The notes under the pieces: model-generated
Seen by the model: only the letters and a program-made list of their open reading frames with translations
Told to the model about the DNA's origin: nothing
Databases searched by the model: none
DNA from: an uncultured Methanomicrobiales archaeon
GTDB lineage: Archaea > Halobacteriota > Methanomicrobia > Methanomicrobiales > Methanospirillaceae
NCBI GenBank assembly: GCA_963758915.1
Contig: CAVWXH010000009.1
Span: 96,001 to 160,000 of the forward strand
Direction of reading: 5' to 3'
DNA length: 64,000 nt
Part shown: positions 60,551 through 64,000 of the stretch, in pieces
Layout of the letters: each line of letters starts with the position of its first letter
Numbering within the stretch: position 1 is the first letter of the stretch
Program-made: the position numbers and the translations under genes

Positions 60551-60651
60551 AGAAAGACCAGGAATTCACCCCCGTTATCACAGATATGCACGGGAATGGC
60601 ATCGTTATCAGCAGACACAATTATCAGGAAGCATTCGGGGATTACACATGA
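60547..60651 (+). CDS. putative 34-aa mini-ORF coupled to hemC and cobA
   Basis: ATG overlaps the hemC stop (ATGA) and its TGA overlaps the cobA start (ATGA). Translation: [34 protein letters not shown]. Confidence 0.4.
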   Translation: MKKDQEFTPVITDMHGNGIVISRHNYQEAFGDYT

Positions 60652-61403
60652 CAGGAATAGTATATCTGGTGGGGTCAGGTCCCGGTGGCACCGGCCTCCT
60701 GACATTACGGGCACAGGAAGTGATCGATTCGGCAGAGGTCATCCTGTATGACCAGCTCCCGGGTGAGGAGATCCTGAATTCGCTCCCGACTACCGCAGAA
60801 AAGATCGACTGTGGCAAATATGGAAGCGATCACACCCTCGAACAGGACGAGATCGAGGCACTTCTGGTCGACAGGGCACAGGCAGGTAAGCGGGTAGTCA
60901 GGCTGAAGGGGGGAGACCCGTTTGTATTCGGGCGGGGCGGGGAAGAACTGGAGGTCCTCGTTGCTCACGGGATTCCCGTTGAAGTAGTGCCGGGTGTAAC
61001 GAGCGCAGTAGCCGTTCCTGCTGCAGTAGGTATCCCGCTCACTCACCGGAAGTATGCCTCCCAGGTGACCATCCTCACCGGCCACGAGGACCCGAAAAAA
61101 GCCGGTACTGCACTGGACTGGGAACTCCTTGCAAAAGGGAGGGGGACGATCGTGGTCCTGATGGGAGTGAAAAATCTCCCCAATATCGCAGAGTCACTGC
61201 TCACTCACGGAAAAAGTCCTGATACACCGGTCGCAATCATCGAGCGGGGTCTCCGAAAAGACCAGCGTGTCACCGTAGCCCCGTTAAAGGATATCAGTAG
61301 CAGGGCACACGCAATTGGCGTCACTCCCCCGGCGATTATCGTGATCGGGGACGTGGTGCGGCTCTACCATAAAGACCGGCAGTCATTCGTAGCCAGGGAA
61401 TGA
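60648..61403 (+). CDS. cobA: uroporphyrinogen-III C-methyltransferase
   Basis: VGSGPG, RLKGGDPFVFGRGGEE and GIPLTHR motifs. Confidence 0.95.
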   Translation: MTGIVYLVGSGPGGTGLLTLRAQEVIDSAEVILYDQLPGEEILNSLPTTAEKIDCGKYGSDHTLEQDEIEALLVDRAQAGKRVVRLKGGDPFVFGRGGEELEVLVAHGIPVEVVPGVTSAVAVPAAVGIPLTHRKYASQVTILTGHEDPKKAGTALDWELLAKGRGTIVVLMGVKNLPNIAESLLTHGKSPDTPVAIIERGLRKDQRVTVAPLKDISSRAHAIGVTPPAIIVIGDVVRLYHKDRQSFVARE

Positions 61404-61551
61404 CAGTTCAGAAAGATCGGGTCATAGGGGTCCTGCGGAAAAGAAAGGCAGGTTAGCCCGGTAATCCCACCCTTCTTCGACGTCCGTAACCCGATTCCAA
61501 AGGTAAAACAAGCATTAATACCCTTACGCAACCTTATTTTAATGCAATACC

Positions 61552-62085
61552 ATGGAACTTTCCGGCGGACCGACAAAAGACGAGGTGATGGCGATTTCGC
61601 TGTTCAAACTCGGGCTTCTTGAGGGAGATATTTTTGCCGATATCGGTTGTGGGACAGGTAAGATTTCTCTTGCAGTCTCACACCGGGCCTCGAAAATCTA
61701 TGCTATAGACAGGCGGAAAGAGGCTATAGAGCTTGCCCGGGAAAAGGCAGAACGGAAAGGAAAAGAGAACATCCTGTTCTTCCACGGGGAAGCTGTTGAT
61801 TTTTTGCCATCCATTGACCAGCTGGACTGTGCTTTTATCGGGGGTTCGGGTAACCTCGAGAGGGTGCTCCGGATCCTTCACACACTTGGCACGCGCTCAA
61901 TTGTCGTAAACGCGGTGAAAGTCGAGACATTGCACCTTGCGATCACAACGATGGAGCAACTTGGAATTTTTAAGGAGGCGGTCCATGTACAGGTCTCCCG
62001 CTCTTCTCCACTTGCCGGTGGTACCATGTTTAAACCAATTGATCCGGTCTATATCATTGTCGGAGGGTCACAGGAATGCTTGTAG
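61552..62085 (+). CDS. cbiT: cobalt-precorrin-6B C15-methyltransferase (decarboxylating)
   Basis: GGPTKDEV, DIGCGTG and FIGGS motifs. Confidence 0.92.
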   Translation: MELSGGPTKDEVMAISLFKLGLLEGDIFADIGCGTGKISLAVSHRASKIYAIDRRKEAIELAREKAERKGKENILFFHGEAVDFLPSIDQLDCAFIGGSGNLERVLRILHTLGTRSIVVNAVKVETLHLAITTMEQLGIFKEAVHVQVSRSSPLAGGTMFKPIDPVYIIVGGSQECL

Positions 62086-62681
62086 GCCTTGGTCTCGGAC
62101 CCGGTGATCCCGAACTCCTTACGCTGAAAGCAGTACGACTCCTCAGGGATGCAGATGAAGTGTATGTCCCGGGATCAATTGCAAAAGAACTGGTGGCCCC
62201 GTACCGGAATGCCACCGTTCTTGAATTTCCGATGACAGAGGATGAGGATGAGATTGGCAGGTGCATGGAACGGAATGCGGATGTTATCGCACCTGTTGCA
62301 GTGGATGGCCTCGCAGTGCTTGGTATCCTTGGCGACCCGAATTTTTTCTCCACTTATTCACGGCTCTGCCGGACCATGCAGGAACGACACCCGGGAGTGG
62401 TATGCACGAGTGAACCTGGTGTAAGTGCGATCACCGCTTTTGCCTCGGTATCGGGGGTATCACTCTCGGGAGGTTTTCTTGTAACCGACGGAGGTGAGCA
62501 GGGCTGCCGTATCCTCCTGAAAGTGAAACGCCCAAGGGAAGTAATAGAAACACTGAAGGACGAAGGATACCGTGAATTTGTCCTTGTCGAGCGGATGTTC
62601 CTCCCTGATATGCGGGTCTGCCGTGGGGATGAAATCCCGGAAAAGAGCGACTATTTAAGCATCCTGTATGCAGGGCGGTGA
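62076..62681 (+). CDS. cbiL: cobalt-precorrin-2/factor II C20-methyltransferase
   Basis: GLGPGDPELLTLKA, GDPNFFST and PGVSA motifs, plus operon position. Confidence 0.9.
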   Translation: MLVGLGLGPGDPELLTLKAVRLLRDADEVYVPGSIAKELVAPYRNATVLEFPMTEDEDEIGRCMERNADVIAPVAVDGLAVLGILGDPNFFSTYSRLCRTMQERHPGVVCTSEPGVSAITAFASVSGVSLSGGFLVTDGGEQGCRILLKVKRPREVIETLKDEGYREFVLVERMFLPDMRVCRGDEIPEKSDYLSILYAGR

Positions 62682-62684
62682 GGT

Positions 62685-63407
62685 ATGAACGTACCGGAAG
62701 TGTACTTTGTTGGTGCGGGGCCCGGGGACCCGGAACTGATCACGGTAAAAGGGCAGAACCTCCTTCTCAGCGCTGATGTCCTGATTTACGCAGGCTCGCT
62801 TGTGAACCCGGCCCTCGTTTCAGAGTCCCCGGCACCGGTAAAACTTGACAGCTGGGGGATGTCGCTCGAACAGCTAATCCCTGCAATGGTCATTCCTGCC
62901 AGGGAAGGTAAGCTTGTCGTCAGGCTGCATTCAGGTGATCCATCCCTCTACGGGGCAATTGTCGAGCAGATGGAGCTCCTTAATAACGAAGGGGTCACTA
63001 CGCACGTAATCCCCGGAGTCTCTTCGATGTTCGGCGGTGCTGCCGCATTACAGGCCCAGCTGACACTGAAAGGTGTCTCAGAGAGCGTAATAATAACCAG
63101 GCCTGCAGGAAAAACTCTCGAACATGACCAGATACGCGAGCTCTCTTCCCACCTGACCACCATGGTCATCTTCCTCGGTACCGAGCAGCTCGAGGAGGTG
63201 CTCGCCAAGGTCTCACATCCACCCGGGACACCGGCTGCAGTGGTCTACCATGCAACCTGGCCGGACCAGAAGATTGTCAGGGGGACTGTGGCAGATATCG
63301 CAGTAAAGGCCCGGGCAGCCGGGATCCAGCGTTCAGCTCTCCTGTATATCGGAGGAGTGATTGACCCGGGAATGCGGGGTGAAAGGAGGTCTTTCCTTTA
63401 TTCATGA
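62685..63407 (+). CDS. cbiF: cobalt-precorrin-4 C11-methyltransferase
   Basis: YAGSLV, RLHSGDPSLYGAI.EQ and ATWPDQ motifs. Confidence 0.94.
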   Translation: MNVPEVYFVGAGPGDPELITVKGQNLLLSADVLIYAGSLVNPALVSESPAPVKLDSWGMSLEQLIPAMVIPAREGKLVVRLHSGDPSLYGAIVEQMELLNNEGVTTHVIPGVSSMFGGAAALQAQLTLKGVSESVIITRPAGKTLEHDQIRELSSHLTTMVIFLGTEQLEEVLAKVSHPPGTPAAVVYHATWPDQKIVRGTVADIAVKARAAGIQRSALLYIGGVIDPGMRGERRSFLYS

Positions 63408-64000
63408 GCGACACAGTCGTCATTTCACTTGCACGGTTCGGGCCCGTTGCAGAGCATATCGCATACAAACTGGACGCCGATCTTCTCGGGTATGAACCTG
63501 ATGTTTTTTGCACCGCTTTTGCACAGTACCGGAGGATTGTTGCCGTCATGTCAACCGGGATCGTGGTAAGGAAAGTAGCACCTCTTCTTGTCGATAAGTG
63601 GACAGACCCGGCGGTCGTGGTTGTGAGCCCGGATATGGCCTTTGCTATCCCGGTTGTCGGAGGTCACCATGGGGCAAATGACCTTGCCCGCGAGCTTTCC
63701 GCGCTTGGAATCCAGCCGGTCATAACAACAGCGACCGAGACACAGGGGCTCGAATCTGTTGAAGGAATTGCCACACGTTTCGGGCGCCATATCGCTAACA
63801 GGGATACCACCCGTGCGGTAAATGCAGGGATCCTGGACAACCGGACTCGGGTATATACCGTGCAGGGGCCGGCGGTTGTGCTTGCGAGCCCCGGGGTCTC
63901 GTTCCTGTCGCGCCCGGGAATCTACACGGTCGGTCTCGGGTGCCGGCTTGGTGTGACCTCCGATGAAGTCATTGCAGTAGTACACCAGGCACTCGAAGAT
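63404..64000 (+). CDS. cbiG: cobalt-precorrin-5A hydrolase, truncated by the window end
   Basis: Translated by hand: MSTGIVVRKVAPLLVDKWTDPAVVVV...GGHHGAN...ITTAT...GLGCR. ATGA overlap with cbiF. Confidence 0.92.
   Translation, partial: MSDTVVISLARFGPVAEHIAYKLDADLLGYEPDVFCTAFAQYRRIVAVMSTGIVVRKVAPLLVDKWTDPAVVVVSPDMAFAIPVVGGHHGANDLARELSALGIQPVITTATETQGLESVEGIATRFGRHIANRDTTRAVNAGILDNRTRVYTVQGPAVVLASPGVSFLSRPGIYTVGLGCRLGVTSDEVIAVVHQALED

Overview
Archaeal chromosome segment, most likely a Methanomicrobiales methanogen (Methanoregula/Methanolinea-like). This is inferred from tfe, trm56, the DUF39-CBS/NIL-ferredoxin/UPF0280 genes, the archaeal-type alaS, PEGA and PGF-CTERM-like surface proteins and the style of the sensor kinases. 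About 1-32 kb is accessory (surface proteins, I42 inhibitors, peptidase, transporters, signalling). About 32-49 kb is core housekeeping, 49-55 kb is a small accessory patch, and 55-64 kb is the sirC-hemABLC-cobA-cbiTLFG tetrapyrrole/cobalamin operon. tRNA-Leu(GAG) and tRNA-Gly(GCC) are present. The most striking unannotated structure is a dispersed family of about 10 non-coding, transposase-less elements (roughly 100-500 bp). They have NGCT(T/C)TGT(T/A)GAAA or GGCTGGTATGAAA ends, and three copies have perfect 8-bp target-site duplications, which fits MITEs of the IS5/ISH1 group. They are built from shared modules (D, hairpin, B, C, A) whose content and relative orientation differ between copies, carry a conserved G-quadruplex/alternative-hairpin core, and sit mostly between convergent genes, at times right at stop codons. 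Four genes, including hemL, carry single +1 insertions that are probably sequencing errors.
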